A DNA stretch of 44,009 bases from Oligoflexales bacterium (GCA_044236265.1 JBIIGV010000009.1:1-44009), one strand, 5' to 3'; counted from the first letter of the stretch, positions 29,715 to 39,936 are shown. Notes: generated by a model from the sequence alone, not told the origin. Numbers and translations: made by a program.

Positions 29715-30164
29715 TTAGCGATAGTGCAGGTTAGCAGAGGATTCGATGTTGGTAGCGATTTTCAACAGCTCGCCAGTTGAAAGCGAATTTGACACAACAA
29801 ATCCTTGATAAAGGGACTTAATATCTTGACTCATATATTTGCGGAAAGCTGAGCAGGAGCTCTCGTTGGCTCCAAAGCAAACTTGGGCTTCCAAGACTCT
29901 ATTTTTCTCCAGAGCCTCCAGGGTTTCATACATGCTTTGTGCGGCTTCTCTTGCTGCATTAAGGTCATTTTGGCGAATCAACTGGCTAAATAGCATCGGT
30001 TGACGAGTCAGTACTGTCTGATGGAGGGCGATCATTTCATGAAGGCTTTGGGCAGACTTGGGTGAGGCGCCATGAGCGCTGCTCATGTCACTGGATTGGC
30101 TTAGAGATTTACATCCAGACATGAGGATGAAAGTGGCGGCGGCTAAAATGAGTCGGTTTATCAT
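29715..30164 (-). CDS. Hypothetical helical lipoprotein
   Basis: Start ATG 30164 after GGAGG. MINRLILAAATFILMSG|CK lipobox. Confidence 0.75.
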   Translation of the reverse strand: MINRLILAAATFILMSGCKSLSQSSDMSSAHGASPKSAQSLHEMIALHQTVLTRQPMLFSQLIRQNDLNAAREAAQSMYETLEALEKNRVLEAQVCFGANESSCSAFRKYMSQDIKSLYQGFVVSNSLSTGELLKIATNIESSANLHYR

Positions 30165-30456
30165 AGGTTCCTCCCTGAAATTGTGCCAACTATTGGATAG
30201 TTTTGAATCTGCACCAAGATCCGTCATTGGACCGATAATGGAGTCTCGGCGGATCCAAAGGCGTCTTGAGTGATTTGATGTAATGCGCTGAATTTATTTG
30301 ATAAAAAATTAAGATTTTGCGGTTTTCCGCACTTTTTTTGATCTTTCCTTAATTTCAGACTGTGATTTCGACTTTTATTTTCGACGGTGAGGTTTGGCCC
30401 TCGCTGCCCGGCTCTATGATACGATTTAAGGACGTTGAAGGCGCGGGGGATGGTTT

Positions 30457-31338
30457 ATGATTCTTGTCTTCTACAAGATGACGATAATGACGATGATGGG
30501 CGCTATGTTGTCCTCGGGGTGCAAGCGTCAACCAGTTCGCTCGTCATCACTCAATGAAGATCTTACTGCTTCAAAATTTATAGACCTAGCATCGGCGGAT
30601 GGAAATTTGAAATCTGCTGCAAGTTATTCTTCGTTACCTCCTTGTTCGGAATCTGTTGACCAACCTTTTTATTTGGTAGCTGACAACAAACGATTCTATC
30701 GATGTGCTTCTGGGGCTTGGCAAATGCTGCCAGTATCAATTGGACCGGTGGATGGATGTCGATCCTTTGACGTATTATTTGATGTGGCTAACACGGGTGG
30801 GGCAGAGCCAGAGGTTGGCGTTAAATTTTTGGGCATGGCATGTGACGGTGCTGTTTACTTGATTAAAGATGAAAATGGTTTGATCCCGGTATTGTCGTCG
30901 GCTTCCATAAACTTGGGTGATAAAGAGCTGTCGCTTCGCGCAACGTACTTCCGTGGAAGAGGCGAGCAAACGACTCCGATAAATCAACCCGCTGCGCTGA
31001 TTTTAGAGCGCCCGACGGCAATTGAATGGTCAGCAATTCCCAAAGTTATCGAGGTGTCGCCGGGTGGGCATGCTGGCACTGGGCAGTTAGTGATTTTGTC
31101 CATGAATTCCGATCGTATCCTGTGCACTTACCGGAGTGACTCGCGGCAAGCATATCATTTGCGAGGCTGCTGGGAGGGGGCGCAAGTTGACATGCCGAGC
31201 GCAAATGGCGTCGCCGGTGGTGTGGCGATCAACATGGAGTCAAAGTCTCTGGTCTCTTTAGACGCGATCAAATTTTCAATTCTTGGTGCAGAGACTGGTT
31301 ACGTAACTAGTGCTATGTTCACCATGCCGATTCAATAG
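30457..31338 (+). CDS. Hypothetical lipoprotein, Cys-containing and beta-rich
   Basis: Lipobox-like LSSG|CK and an LPPCSE...FYRCASGAW segment. Confidence 0.65.
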   Translation: MILVFYKMTIMTMMGAMLSSGCKRQPVRSSSLNEDLTASKFIDLASADGNLKSAASYSSLPPCSESVDQPFYLVADNKRFYRCASGAWQMLPVSIGPVDGCRSFDVLFDVANTGGAEPEVGVKFLGMACDGAVYLIKDENGLIPVLSSASINLGDKELSLRATYFRGRGEQTTPINQPAALILERPTAIEWSAIPKVIEVSPGGHAGTGQLVILSMNSDRILCTYRSDSRQAYHLRGCWEGAQVDMPSANGVAGGVAINMESKSLVSLDAIKFSILGAETGYVTSAMFTMPIQ

Positions 31339-31346
31339 GCGACTCA

Positions 31347-32870
31347 GTGGATCTGAAAGCAGGCAAAGAGTTGGTGCGATTTGCCTCAATAGGGTTGGGG
31401 GTCGCCTTTAGACGTACTTACAGTCCAATGGATGCAGAGCGATTTTTGAGCCGTGCACTTGGATCTATGCCGGGAGCTCCCACAAAGATCGCCCAGCTTC
31501 TGGGTATGCGCTCAGACCGGGACATTCCTGCGCCTGAGCCCATGTCCGTGAGCCTCGTAAGATCGATCATCGAAAATGAATCTCCAAAATTAGCTGCACA
31601 AATTCATTCAATTAGCGAGATCGGTATTACAGCTTCGCTGGGGCAAACGCATAAGGTGCGATTGAAGTCCGGTGAGATATTGGCCGTCAAAGTTCAGTAT
31701 CCTCATGTCGCAGAGCATGTTGCGAGCCAGATCGAGGCGCTGTTTGGCGTAGCTGGGTTTAGTCCCGCGAGAAAGTATGATTTTGACATTCCAAATACAC
31801 GCGATTTTCTGAGAAAAAAACTACTGGAAGAGACCGATTATACGGCCGAGGCCGAAACTCAGACCAGATTTAATGAACGCTACAATGGGTCTACAATTTG
31901 TATACCAAGGGTCTTTCGCGATCTTTCCACAAAAACTGTCTTGGCTCAAAGTTGGGAAGAGTCGAAAAGTTTGCATGACTTTGGCATCCAAGCCACCAAC
32001 GAACAAAAAGATCGCGCAGGTGCAGTGTTTACCGCCTGGGTCTTCGATAGCCTTTTCGGCTTGTCCCGCATGCATGCGGATCTCAATCCTACCAATTATG
32101 GATTTCGGGGGTCTGGCGAGGATTTTAAGCTAGTCATTTATGATTTTGGCTCAGTAGAGATTTTCCCTGTGGAACGGGCACGATGTTTACATCAGTGGTA
32201 TTACGCGACGCGCGCCCGCAATCAATCAGAGATTTATTCGGCGTTAGTTGAACTGGGGTTTGCCCCTCAGAGGCTGAGTATGATTGACAAGATGCTGCTT
32301 CCGCTGAGTGAAGAGTTGCTTAAGCCAATATTGGTTGATGGTGTATGGTCCGCGCAACAATGGAATCTACAAAATCGTCTCGAAGAGATTTTAGGCCAAA
32401 ATAAATGGTGGTTCAGAACGGCGGGTCCACCGTGGTTTCTCTATTTTATGCGCTCTCTACAGGGCTGGCATCATGTGCTTAAATCATTCAACTGCCAAGT
32501 CGATGTAGCTAGTGCTTGGAGGCCATGGCAAGAAAAGCTCGGAATCCTTGATCAAGCGTTTAAAACATCAGGTCATATTTTTCCCGATCACGGAACATCT
32601 CGTCCTCGTGGCAGTATTGCAGAGATTATCTCCAAATCTCTGCGAGTCCGCGTGTTTGATGAATCTGAATTGATCGTGGATTTAACTTTACCGGTAAATG
32701 CGGCTCGCGATCTTGAAGCCGTTCTTCCCGATGCGGTGCTACGACGCTGTCAGGAGGATGGTATTAGGCTCCATTTGATACAAAGCCGGGCAGATGAAAC
32801 GCAGTATGCACCACAAGAGCTGTTTAAGATGAAGTACGGGACAAGATCTTGTCTCGTTTGGTTGGAGTAG
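31347..32870 (+). CDS. ABC1/UbiB/AarF-family atypical kinase
   Basis: KIAQLL (KxGQ variant), ASLGQTH, AVKVQYP, EETDY..EA, HADLNPTNY and YDFG. Confidence 0.9.
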   Translation: MDLKAGKELVRFASIGLGVAFRRTYSPMDAERFLSRALGSMPGAPTKIAQLLGMRSDRDIPAPEPMSVSLVRSIIENESPKLAAQIHSISEIGITASLGQTHKVRLKSGEILAVKVQYPHVAEHVASQIEALFGVAGFSPARKYDFDIPNTRDFLRKKLLEETDYTAEAETQTRFNERYNGSTICIPRVFRDLSTKTVLAQSWEESKSLHDFGIQATNEQKDRAGAVFTAWVFDSLFGLSRMHADLNPTNYGFRGSGEDFKLVIYDFGSVEIFPVERARCLHQWYYATRARNQSEIYSALVELGFAPQRLSMIDKMLLPLSEELLKPILVDGVWSAQQWNLQNRLEEILGQNKWWFRTAGPPWFLYFMRSLQGWHHVLKSFNCQVDVASAWRPWQEKLGILDQAFKTSGHIFPDHGTSRPRGSIAEIISKSLRVRVFDESELIVDLTLPVNAARDLEAVLPDAVLRRCQEDGIRLHLIQSRADETQYAPQELFKMKYGTRSCLVWLE

Positions 32871-32871
32871 C

Positions 32872-33801
32872 ATGACATTTGAGCTCAAGATTTCTGTCAA
32901 GGATGATCAGCGGTATCTTGCTTCAGAAGTTAAGCAAATAATGATCGACTTTCTCGAGGCGATAGGTCGAACTGATTATGTCGAAGGTTACATTGATGGT
33001 GTTTCCGACGAGTTGTCCGCTCTCGAGATAGCTACTGCCACCACAACTGAAGAGCGCATGAGCACAGCGCCCGTTGTCTTGTTCGATGACCGTCGTGATA
33101 CTTTGGTGAATTTAGCTGAAGTCATGAAAAATCAGTTTGCCGATTGTTTATCATTCACTATTTCAGAGATCAGCGATGAGTCTTGGCAGTCGTGCTGGAA
33201 TTCAGATTTTGTGCCTCTACAAACACAAAATTTTTTTATAGTTCCCCTGGGGAATGGAGTAGCGACTCCTGTTGGTCTTGAGCGTGTTGAGATTGATGCC
33301 GGAAACGGCGCATTCGGAACGGGGCAGCATGCAACAACGCGTGCGGTTATTAAAGTGCTGGAAAACGGCATCAAGGATTGGCAGCCGTCTTCGGTTCTGG
33401 ATGTTGGTACAGGGACTGGTATTTATTTAATCCTGGCCGGGAAAATGGGCTTATCAAAGCTTGTGGGCACAGAAATTTCCGATGATCTTGTCAGTCTTGC
33501 CAACAGTAATTGTCAGATGTGTGGTGTAGACGCAACGGTCTTGCGATCAGAGGATATACGGCTTGAATTTCAATTTGATCTGATCATCGCAAATATTCTA
33601 GTGCCAGTTCTCCATGACTTGATGCCCCAAATGGCCAGTCATTTAAAACCAAATGGTGTACTGGTGCTGGCTGGCTTTGTGCAGAAGGAGGAAGGGGCGC
33701 TCCTGCTGCTGGCTGCTCGTTATGGACTTGATCTTGAAATGACTGCCCAAGAGACCGGGTGGCGAGTTCTGGTTTTGAGAAAAAAGTTGATGAATAGCTG
33801 A
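32872..33801 (+). CDS. prmA: Ribosomal protein L11 methyltransferase
   Basis: AFGTGQHATT, VLDVGTGTGI and FDLIIANIL. Confidence 0.88.
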   Translation: MTFELKISVKDDQRYLASEVKQIMIDFLEAIGRTDYVEGYIDGVSDELSALEIATATTTEERMSTAPVVLFDDRRDTLVNLAEVMKNQFADCLSFTISEISDESWQSCWNSDFVPLQTQNFFIVPLGNGVATPVGLERVEIDAGNGAFGTGQHATTRAVIKVLENGIKDWQPSSVLDVGTGTGIYLILAGKMGLSKLVGTEISDDLVSLANSNCQMCGVDATVLRSEDIRLEFQFDLIIANILVPVLHDLMPQMASHLKPNGVLVLAGFVQKEEGALLLLAARYGLDLEMTAQETGWRVLVLRKKLMNS

Positions 33802-33811
33802 CAGTTAATAT

Positions 33812-34438
33812 TCAGATTTTTTTACAGCCAGGAATGCGCAATTTCTTTCCTGAGCGGGATATGCTGATCTTGAATAAGTTATTGGCGTTAGCTGATGATA
33901 CAGCAAAGGCACATCTATAGGGTTTTTTACGAAAACCATCCAGGCCTTTCCATCGTAGTTCCAGGGAGTGTGTCCCCGGTGTTAAATCATCAATTCGAAG
34001 AGGCGGTGGGCCTAACGCCAAGCCGCCATCGACCACAAGAGTAAAACTCTCCATTAAGTCGTCGCTGGCGGTGATTTCGGTCTCAATCAGGTTCTCTTCT
34101 TTTAGCTCTAGTTCCGCTTTCACAGCGGGTGTATCGCCAGCGTTAACCATGAGTCTGGATGAGTGCGGGGCGTATCCTGGGCGCTCGATGCTTATTTTGT
34201 GTTGTCCCTCAGGTAGATAAATGGTCGCAGGTGATTGAATCCAGCCTGATTCAGAATCACGTGATGTCCAAATTTCATTATTGATGCTGATTTTTACTCG
34301 CTCCGGATCTGTTTGAATGGTGACGGCAACACCTGATTTGGCTGAAAGCTGCACGGATCCACTAACCATCAGGGTGTTGAGTGTCCAGACGCTAACATTC
34401 AGAAGCAAAAGAGTGGCGGTCAAGAGGATCGCATTCAT
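33812..34438 (-). CDS. PEGA-domain exported protein
   Basis: N-terminal hydrophobic segment, VTIQTDPE...SPATIYLPEGQHKISIERPGY and a second repeat IDDLTPGTHSLEL. Confidence 0.78.
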   Translation of the reverse strand: MNAILLTATLLLLNVSVWTLNTLMVSGSVQLSAKSGVAVTIQTDPERVKISINNEIWTSRDSESGWIQSPATIYLPEGQHKISIERPGYAPHSSRLMVNAGDTPAVKAELELKEENLIETEITASDDLMESFTLVVDGGLALGPPPLRIDDLTPGTHSLELRWKGLDGFRKKPYRCAFAVSSANANNLFKISISRSGKKLRIPGCKKI

Positions 34439-36282
34439 TGTCGATCATCCTTCTTCTGTTGCCCTACGATCTCGCAGCCCTGTTTTGTCCCATTGATGAC
34501 GATTAGAAGCGGACGACGTTCGCTCGTGTTAACGGGTGTAAACGAGCAGCGTGATATTATTTTCTTCTCTGATGAGATCACGGCAATGTTGGCATTTTCT
34601 CCGCTTGGGAGATCAGGTACTTGGAAGATATTTTGCTGAGGGGTGAACTTCTGCCGATAAAATCCGCTGTTAACGGTTATCGTTACAGGATCCGTTCCAC
34701 GATATTCAAGGCGAACTGGTGCGAAAGTTGCATTTGGCTTCAGTTTCACAGTTGGATGAGATTTTGGAATGCCACTATCGGTGTTTACAAGAATTTTTTC
34801 GCTATTGTATCCGTCTCTACTGAACTCAACACTATTCAACCCAGGATCAAGGCGGATGCGAGCTGGGGTTGTCACATATTTTCCATTGGCATGGTCTCTT
34901 TCATTTATTTTGATGCGCACAATTTCAGGTGAAGCTTTTACAGTTAAGGTTAAAGCCTGGCGGGCGGCGTTCTGATAATTTTTAAAGGCGACAGCACAAG
35001 CCAGAATAAGCACCATGGCTGCGGGTATAAAAGGAAATGACGAGGCAGGCTTGCGGCCAGATTTTTGCTGGTGGCGTTGCTGTTCATACTGTTTATTCTG
35101 GACCGCCCTGTGCGCCGATGTTCCGCGAAAGCCGTGTGACGATTGCGGGTTTTGACTTGGAAGGATACTTGTTGGTGGCCGCGTGGCGCGACCGACTGTC
35201 AGTGTTGATGTATTTTGGCTACCTGAATCCAATGCCAATTCAAGAGATGTGCGACCTGGAGGGGTGCTGGAGCCGGATTCAGATGCTTTTAATTTGGCTG
35301 ACGTGAGAATTTTGCGCATTTCTTCCCGCGCCGCATCTCGTCGATCCGATAAAACGTCCTTCACGAATAACGAAACCTCGTTTGCGCTGATGGACGCATT
35401 CAATTTGGCCAGAAACCCGCGCAGTGTTCGTTCAAAGATTTCCATCGATTCATATCGTCGACGTGGATCCTTTGCCAACCCGCGCAGCACAATGCTTTCA
35501 AGCTCCTCTGTGATGCTTGGATTAATATCGCGCATGCGAACCGGTATTTTGCAGTTTCGCACCATCTCAATGACTTCAAATTCATTGTCCGATGTAAACA
35601 TACGATGCATTGTCAACATTTCCCATAAGACAATACTCAGCGCAAAAACATCGGTTCGGGCATCGCATTTTTTGCCGCTGATCTGTTCCGGGCTCATGTA
35701 AGAATATTTGCCCTTGACGATTCCAGCCTTAGTCTCTGTTTGCTTGAAATCCCGGTCTGCTGCAGCAATGCCAAAGTCTGTGATTTTAACTTCGCCTTCC
35801 CATGAGATCAGAATATTTTGAGGTGAAATATCTCGGTGTACGATGTTCAGAGGTTTTCCAGTGATATCGTCACGGCGTGTATGAGCGTAGTGCAGACCTC
35901 GAGCTGCTTCGGCGATGATGTAGACGCAAAGCTCGGCCGGGAGGAGGGATCGCTTACCCGGGGGCATTTTACGGTTTTCTGTTGCAGCAAGGACCGCGCG
36001 CAGATCAGAGCCATCTATGAACTCCATGATGATCGAGGGTGAGCCTTCGATAATGTCAAAGCCCTCGACTTTCACGATATTTGCGTGCTGCAGTCTCTGC
36101 CCAATATGGGCCTCGTCCCTGAACATCTCTCCGAATTCGGCGTTCTGTGCGTGATGAGGTAAGATGCGCTTAATGGCAACCAAACGCTGAAAGCCGTCTT
36201 GGCCAACATGCAGGCCGCGGTAAATTTCCGCCATACCCCCACGCGCAACCACGCTTCCAAGAATGTAAGGTTTGATCGTCAT
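34435..36282 (-). CDS. Hanks-type Ser/Thr protein kinase with TM helix and PEGA-like extracytoplasmic domain
   Basis: ARGGMAEIY, VAIKRI, HRDISPQNIL, KITDFGIA, GKYSYMSPEQ and TDVFALS. TM FIPAAMVLILACAVAF. Likely start ATG 36282. Confidence 0.95.
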   Translation of the reverse strand: MTIKPYILGSVVARGGMAEIYRGLHVGQDGFQRLVAIKRILPHHAQNAEFGEMFRDEAHIGQRLQHANIVKVEGFDIIEGSPSIIMEFIDGSDLRAVLAATENRKMPPGKRSLLPAELCVYIIAEAARGLHYAHTRRDDITGKPLNIVHRDISPQNILISWEGEVKITDFGIAAADRDFKQTETKAGIVKGKYSYMSPEQISGKKCDARTDVFALSIVLWEMLTMHRMFTSDNEFEVIEMVRNCKIPVRMRDINPSITEELESIVLRGLAKDPRRRYESMEIFERTLRGFLAKLNASISANEVSLFVKDVLSDRRDAAREEMRKILTSAKLKASESGSSTPPGRTSLELALDSGSQNTSTLTVGRATRPPTSILPSQNPQSSHGFRGTSAHRAVQNKQYEQQRHQQKSGRKPASSFPFIPAAMVLILACAVAFKNYQNAARQALTLTVKASPEIVRIKINERDHANGKYVTTPARIRLDPGLNSVEFSRDGYNSEKILVNTDSGIPKSHPTVKLKPNATFAPVRLEYRGTDPVTITVNSGFYRQKFTPQQNIFQVPDLPSGENANIAVISSEKKIISRCSFTPVNTSERRPLLIVINGTKQGCEIVGQQKKDDRQ

Positions 36283-36521
36283 CGTTGCCTGAATGTCTCC
36301 CAAATAAGACGGTCTTTTTCGGAGCTTGGAACGGACCGGACTCGTTTGGTGTATCGGTTGCATCGATAATTACTGAAGGCCCTGTTTGAGTGTCCGCTGG
36401 TTGGCCCTCAGAGCGGGCGGGCTGTAGGACTATGAAATTAATGAAAAAAACAACTTTTTTTATTGGTTGTGCCGATAGGCTCTTTCGTGGTGATATAGAG
36501 GGAGCTAGTTTATTGATTTAA

Positions 36522-37190
36522 TTGGGGGAGCGAGACTTTTTGACCACGCAGGCAAGGTTCATCGCATTAGAGGGTGGCGAAGGGGTTGGCAAGTCAACGC
36601 TCATGCGGGGACTTGTAGCTTGGCTTGCTTCAAAGGGAATCGAGGTCAAACAAACCCGAGAGCCGGGTGGCACCCCAATTGCCGATGAGATTAGAAAGAT
36701 TTTTAAATCCCCCCCAACTGGAGACGAGATCACAGCTGAGACTGAGGCGTTATTGGTTTCGGCGGCAAGAGCCCAACATGTTTCGAAAGTCATCAAACCT
36801 GCTCTGTCCGAGGGGCAATGGGTGCTTTGTGACCGATTCTCAGATTCAACCCGGGTTTACCAGGGGTTGTTTGGGGGCGTCGCCCTGAATGACCTCGAAT
36901 GGCTCATACGGTTTTCAACCGGCGGCGTCGAGCCGGATCTGACATTTCTTCTTGATTGTGATGTGGCTGTGAGTCACTCCCGAATTGGAGGGCGTGGTTC
37001 TGCAATGAATGATGATGACTCCGCTCGCTATGATCAGGGGGGGCATCAGGTGTTGGAGCGACTGCGTCAGGGCTACCGTAAGGTTGCTGGTTTTTATCCA
37101 TCAAGATTTTTTCTTCTTGATGCCTCGAAATCAAGTGAAGAGGTTTTGAAAGATGCTTGCAAAGAGTTGGAGCGTCGTTGGAAGCTTTGA
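36522..37190 (+). CDS. tmk: Thymidylate kinase
   Basis: FIALEGGEGVGKST, TREPGGT and LCDRFSDSTRVYQG. Confidence 0.96.
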   Translation: MGERDFLTTQARFIALEGGEGVGKSTLMRGLVAWLASKGIEVKQTREPGGTPIADEIRKIFKSPPTGDEITAETEALLVSAARAQHVSKVIKPALSEGQWVLCDRFSDSTRVYQGLFGGVALNDLEWLIRFSTGGVEPDLTFLLDCDVAVSHSRIGGRGSAMNDDDSARYDQGGHQVLERLRQGYRKVAGFYPSRFFLLDASKSSEEVLKDACKELERRWKL

Positions 37191-38179
37191 GTAACAAACA
37201 TCAATGGAATTGGAATCAGACCATCGGCCTAAATAGGGTGATGACAGACCTGGGGCGAGTCATGTCTTCTGGGCGTTTGCATCCTATTGTTTTGCTTGAG
37301 GGGTTGGAGGGTATTGGAAAGCGTCATCTCGCTATGTGGATGTCGGCGCAGATGACATGCTTGCGGCTGCAGGAGCATTTGCCCTGCGGAAACTGTGCCA
37401 ATTGCAGGAGTGTCATGGGTGGCTTTCATCCTGATGTGGCTGTTCTAAACCCAGAGTCAGAGACTATCAAAACGGCTGACGTGGAAGCTCTTCAAGAGCA
37501 TTTCATGATGATGAGCTCCGAGGGGCTGCGAATAGGTGTGATCATGAATGCTGATCGCATGACTATAGAGGCGAGTAACCGGTTGCTTAAAACATTAGAG
37601 GAACCGCCCGAGCAGGTGCGAGTTATCTTAACCTCCAGTAGACCTTTGCTCATTCCCGCAACGGTTTTGGGGCGCTGCTTGCGTTGGCGCGTGAAGCCAC
37701 CGGAAAAAGAGCTGGTTACTGATTGGTTTAAAAGTCTCTTGCAACAATCGGGTCGAGCAGCAATCGACGATGACTCAGTGAATCATTGGGTCTTAAGGCT
37801 CAGGCATAGCCCCGGGCTTTTGAAGCGAGAGCTTGACGATTCAACCGATCATTTCAGTGGTATCAGCGGAGACGTTGCCCAACTGTTGGCAGCTCAGAAT
37901 CCCGTCGATGTCACGCGTTCGGCTGCGAACTTGGCTCGTGTTCATAAAGCTAAAGTTCCAGATATTTTGTCGGCCGTTGAGTGGGAGTTGAATAAAATTT
38001 ACCGCGCCAAGTTGAAGTCTTGTTCAATGGCTTTGGGGAATCCTTCAGAAAATGGGCGACGTGCAGCGCAAAGACGGCTTCTGCATGATATTCGCATGCA
38101 GGCCGTCTTGGGAAAAGTAACCTTAAACGCACAGCTAGTTGCCGAGTCGATTGGGCTGAGTGAGTGGAGACGTGACTAA
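37187..38179 (+). CDS. holB: DNA polymerase III delta-prime subunit
   Basis: G.EGIGK, zinc module C..PCGNCANC, HPDV, NRLLKTLEEPP and TVLGRC. TTG start overlaps the tmk stop. Known tmk-holB synteny. Confidence 0.88.
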   Translation: MSNKHQWNWNQTIGLNRVMTDLGRVMSSGRLHPIVLLEGLEGIGKRHLAMWMSAQMTCLRLQEHLPCGNCANCRSVMGGFHPDVAVLNPESETIKTADVEALQEHFMMMSSEGLRIGVIMNADRMTIEASNRLLKTLEEPPEQVRVILTSSRPLLIPATVLGRCLRWRVKPPEKELVTDWFKSLLQQSGRAAIDDDSVNHWVLRLRHSPGLLKRELDDSTDHFSGISGDVAQLLAAQNPVDVTRSAANLARVHKAKVPDILSAVEWELNKIYRAKLKSCSMALGNPSENGRRAAQRRLLHDIRMQAVLGKVTLNAQLVAESIGLSEWRRD

Positions 38180-38180
38180 A

Positions 38181-39362
38181 ATGAATGACTTGAGTGGATC
38201 AGTGTCGGGTTCGACACCAAATTTAATGAATGTTGTGGGCGTGCAGTTTCGACGGGCTGGAAAGATTTACGATTTTCTTACCGGTGAGATGACACTGCAT
38301 GTTGGTGATCAAGTCGTTGTCGATACTGATCGTGGTGCAACCGTAGGACGTGTTGTTAAGGTCGATGCGAAGTCCTCCGTTGATGTTGACCCAGCCTCCG
38401 TAAAGCCTGTCATCCGGATGGCAACCGAACGTGATTTGGATGAAGTAGGGCATTTTTCTCACTCTCAGGTGATGGACATTGCTCGTTCCCGTGTCGAGGT
38501 ATTTAAGCTTGATATGCGGATCATGAAGGTCGAAATGCAGATGAGTGGAAATAAAATCACGATCTACTTTTCCTCGCCTGGTCGCGTTGACTTTCGAGAT
38601 TTGGTCAAAGACATGGCTGCGGCCCTGCGTGCGCGCGTTGAATTAAAACAGGTTGGAGCCAGGGATGAGGCGAAGCTCGTCGGAGGCGTAGGAATCTGCG
38701 GTCGTGAGTACTGCTGCTCAAGCTTTTTGCGGGACTTCGTGCCAGTTTCCATCAAGATGGCGAAAAATCAGAATCTTGCACTCAATCCAAGCAAGGTGTC
38801 CGGAGGTTGTGGGCGTCTATTGTGCTGTTTGACTTATGAAAACGACGCATACATTGATTTGCGACGCAAATTGCCAGGATTGAAAGCTCGGGTGCGCTCA
38901 CTGACTGATTCTGATTACGGAGTCGTTATAAAAACAGATATTTTGAATCAGCTGGTTGTGTTTGAAACGCCAGATGGTCGGCTTGTTACCGCAAAGGCCA
39001 AGGACATAGAGATTGTCGACAAGTCTCAGGCGGCGCAAAAGGACGCAGTTGATAGTGAGGCTGAGATGTGGGCTGAAGATATCGATCTTGGGTTATTGAT
39101 GGGCGAGGGTGAAAATCGAGGCAAGCCGGATGGTCAGCGTTCCGCACAAGGTGGTCAAGGGCAGCAAAGTCAGCGGGGCGATCAACGTCATCGGGGTTCA
39201 GATCGCCGGCAACATCGGGATCAAGATCAGAGAGGCGATAGACGGCATGGTTCTGGTCGCCCGGGCGAACAAGGCAACAAAGGGGGGCAGCATCAAAAGG
39301 GTCCCCATCGGAGCGAGCAATCATCAGCTCCTCATAATAAAAACCAGGGGCCTAAGCGTTAG
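38181..39362 (+). CDS. PSP1/YaaT (RicT)-family protein with low-complexity C-terminal tail
   Basis: VGVQFRRAGKIYDF, GRVDFRDLVKD, GICGREYCC, MAKNQNLALNP.KVSGGCGRLLCCLTYE. Follows tmk-holB. Confidence 0.92.
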   Translation: MNDLSGSVSGSTPNLMNVVGVQFRRAGKIYDFLTGEMTLHVGDQVVVDTDRGATVGRVVKVDAKSSVDVDPASVKPVIRMATERDLDEVGHFSHSQVMDIARSRVEVFKLDMRIMKVEMQMSGNKITIYFSSPGRVDFRDLVKDMAAALRARVELKQVGARDEAKLVGGVGICGREYCCSSFLRDFVPVSIKMAKNQNLALNPSKVSGGCGRLLCCLTYENDAYIDLRRKLPGLKARVRSLTDSDYGVVIKTDILNQLVVFETPDGRLVTAKAKDIEIVDKSQAAQKDAVDSEAEMWAEDIDLGLLMGEGENRGKPDGQRSAQGGQGQQSQRGDQRHRGSDRRQHRDQDQRGDRRHGSGRPGEQGNKGGQHQKGPHRSEQSSAPHNKNQGPKR

Positions 39363-39404
39363 ATTTTTTTGAGCGAGAGTCACATATGTGGAGGCTGCTT
39401 TTGC

Positions 39405-39773
39405 ATGAGTTCTGACAGGTTGGACACTGGCAACCCTGGAAAATCGTTTTCAAGCTTCAATGACTTTTGGCCGTATTATCTTGGCGAGCACAGCACTCTG
39501 CAATGTCGGATCCAGCACTTTTTAGGCACTTCGATTGCAGCAACGTTAATTATTGTAGCATTTCTCACGAGTACAACGGTTTTATACTTTTTTGCGGTAA
39601 TTTGCGGCTACGGATGCGCTTGGTGGGGGCATTTTGTATTTGAGAAGAATAAGCCGGCTACATTTCGCTATCCCATTTATTCATTTATTGGCGATTGGAA
39701 AATGTTTTGGATGATGATGGTGGGGACACTAGATGATGAATTGCGACGGCTGGGCATCCGACCGAGACGATAA
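39405..39773 (+). CDS. DUF962/Mpo1-like membrane protein
   Basis: FWPYYLGEH, GYGCAWWGHFVFEKNKPATFRYP.YS..GDW. Start ATG 39405 after GGAGG. Confidence 0.88.
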   Translation: MSSDRLDTGNPGKSFSSFNDFWPYYLGEHSTLQCRIQHFLGTSIAATLIIVAFLTSTTVLYFFAVICGYGCAWWGHFVFEKNKPATFRYPIYSFIGDWKMFWMMMVGTLDDELRRLGIRPRR

Positions 39774-39782
39774 TCGATCCAT

Positions 39783-39839
39783 CATTGAATGACCGCGACA
39801 GCCATGAAAGTATCATGGTCGGTCAATGTTTTCTTTTTT
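39783..39839 (+). terminator. Possible intrinsic terminator of the tmk operon
   Basis: Imperfect stem (TGACCG..CCATGA / TCATGG.CGGTCA) followed by TTTTCTTTTTT. Confidence 0.45.
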
Positions 39840-39909
39840 GGGAAAACTCAAAAACCAAGCAAAATTCGCTTTAGGCCCAGCTAGGTCGATTTTGCCTAGC
39901 TCTATCGAT

Positions 39910-39936
39910 TAATTATCAAACATATTCGACCGATAG
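39910..39936 (+). promoter_or_regulatory. Putative sigma28 (FliA)-like promoter
   Basis: TAAT-N15-ACCGATAG versus TAAA-N15-GCCGATAA, 32 nt upstream of ATG 39969. Confidence 0.5.

Noticed and set aside
30170..30190. TTGGCAC sigma54 -24-like element on the minus strand
   Set aside because: No TTGC -12 box at the right spacing, and it abuts the RBS.
36451..36478. GCCGATAG upstream of tmk as a sigma28 promoter
   Set aside because: The -35 match is poor at canonical spacing and the downstream genes are housekeeping, so it is not supportable without TSS data.
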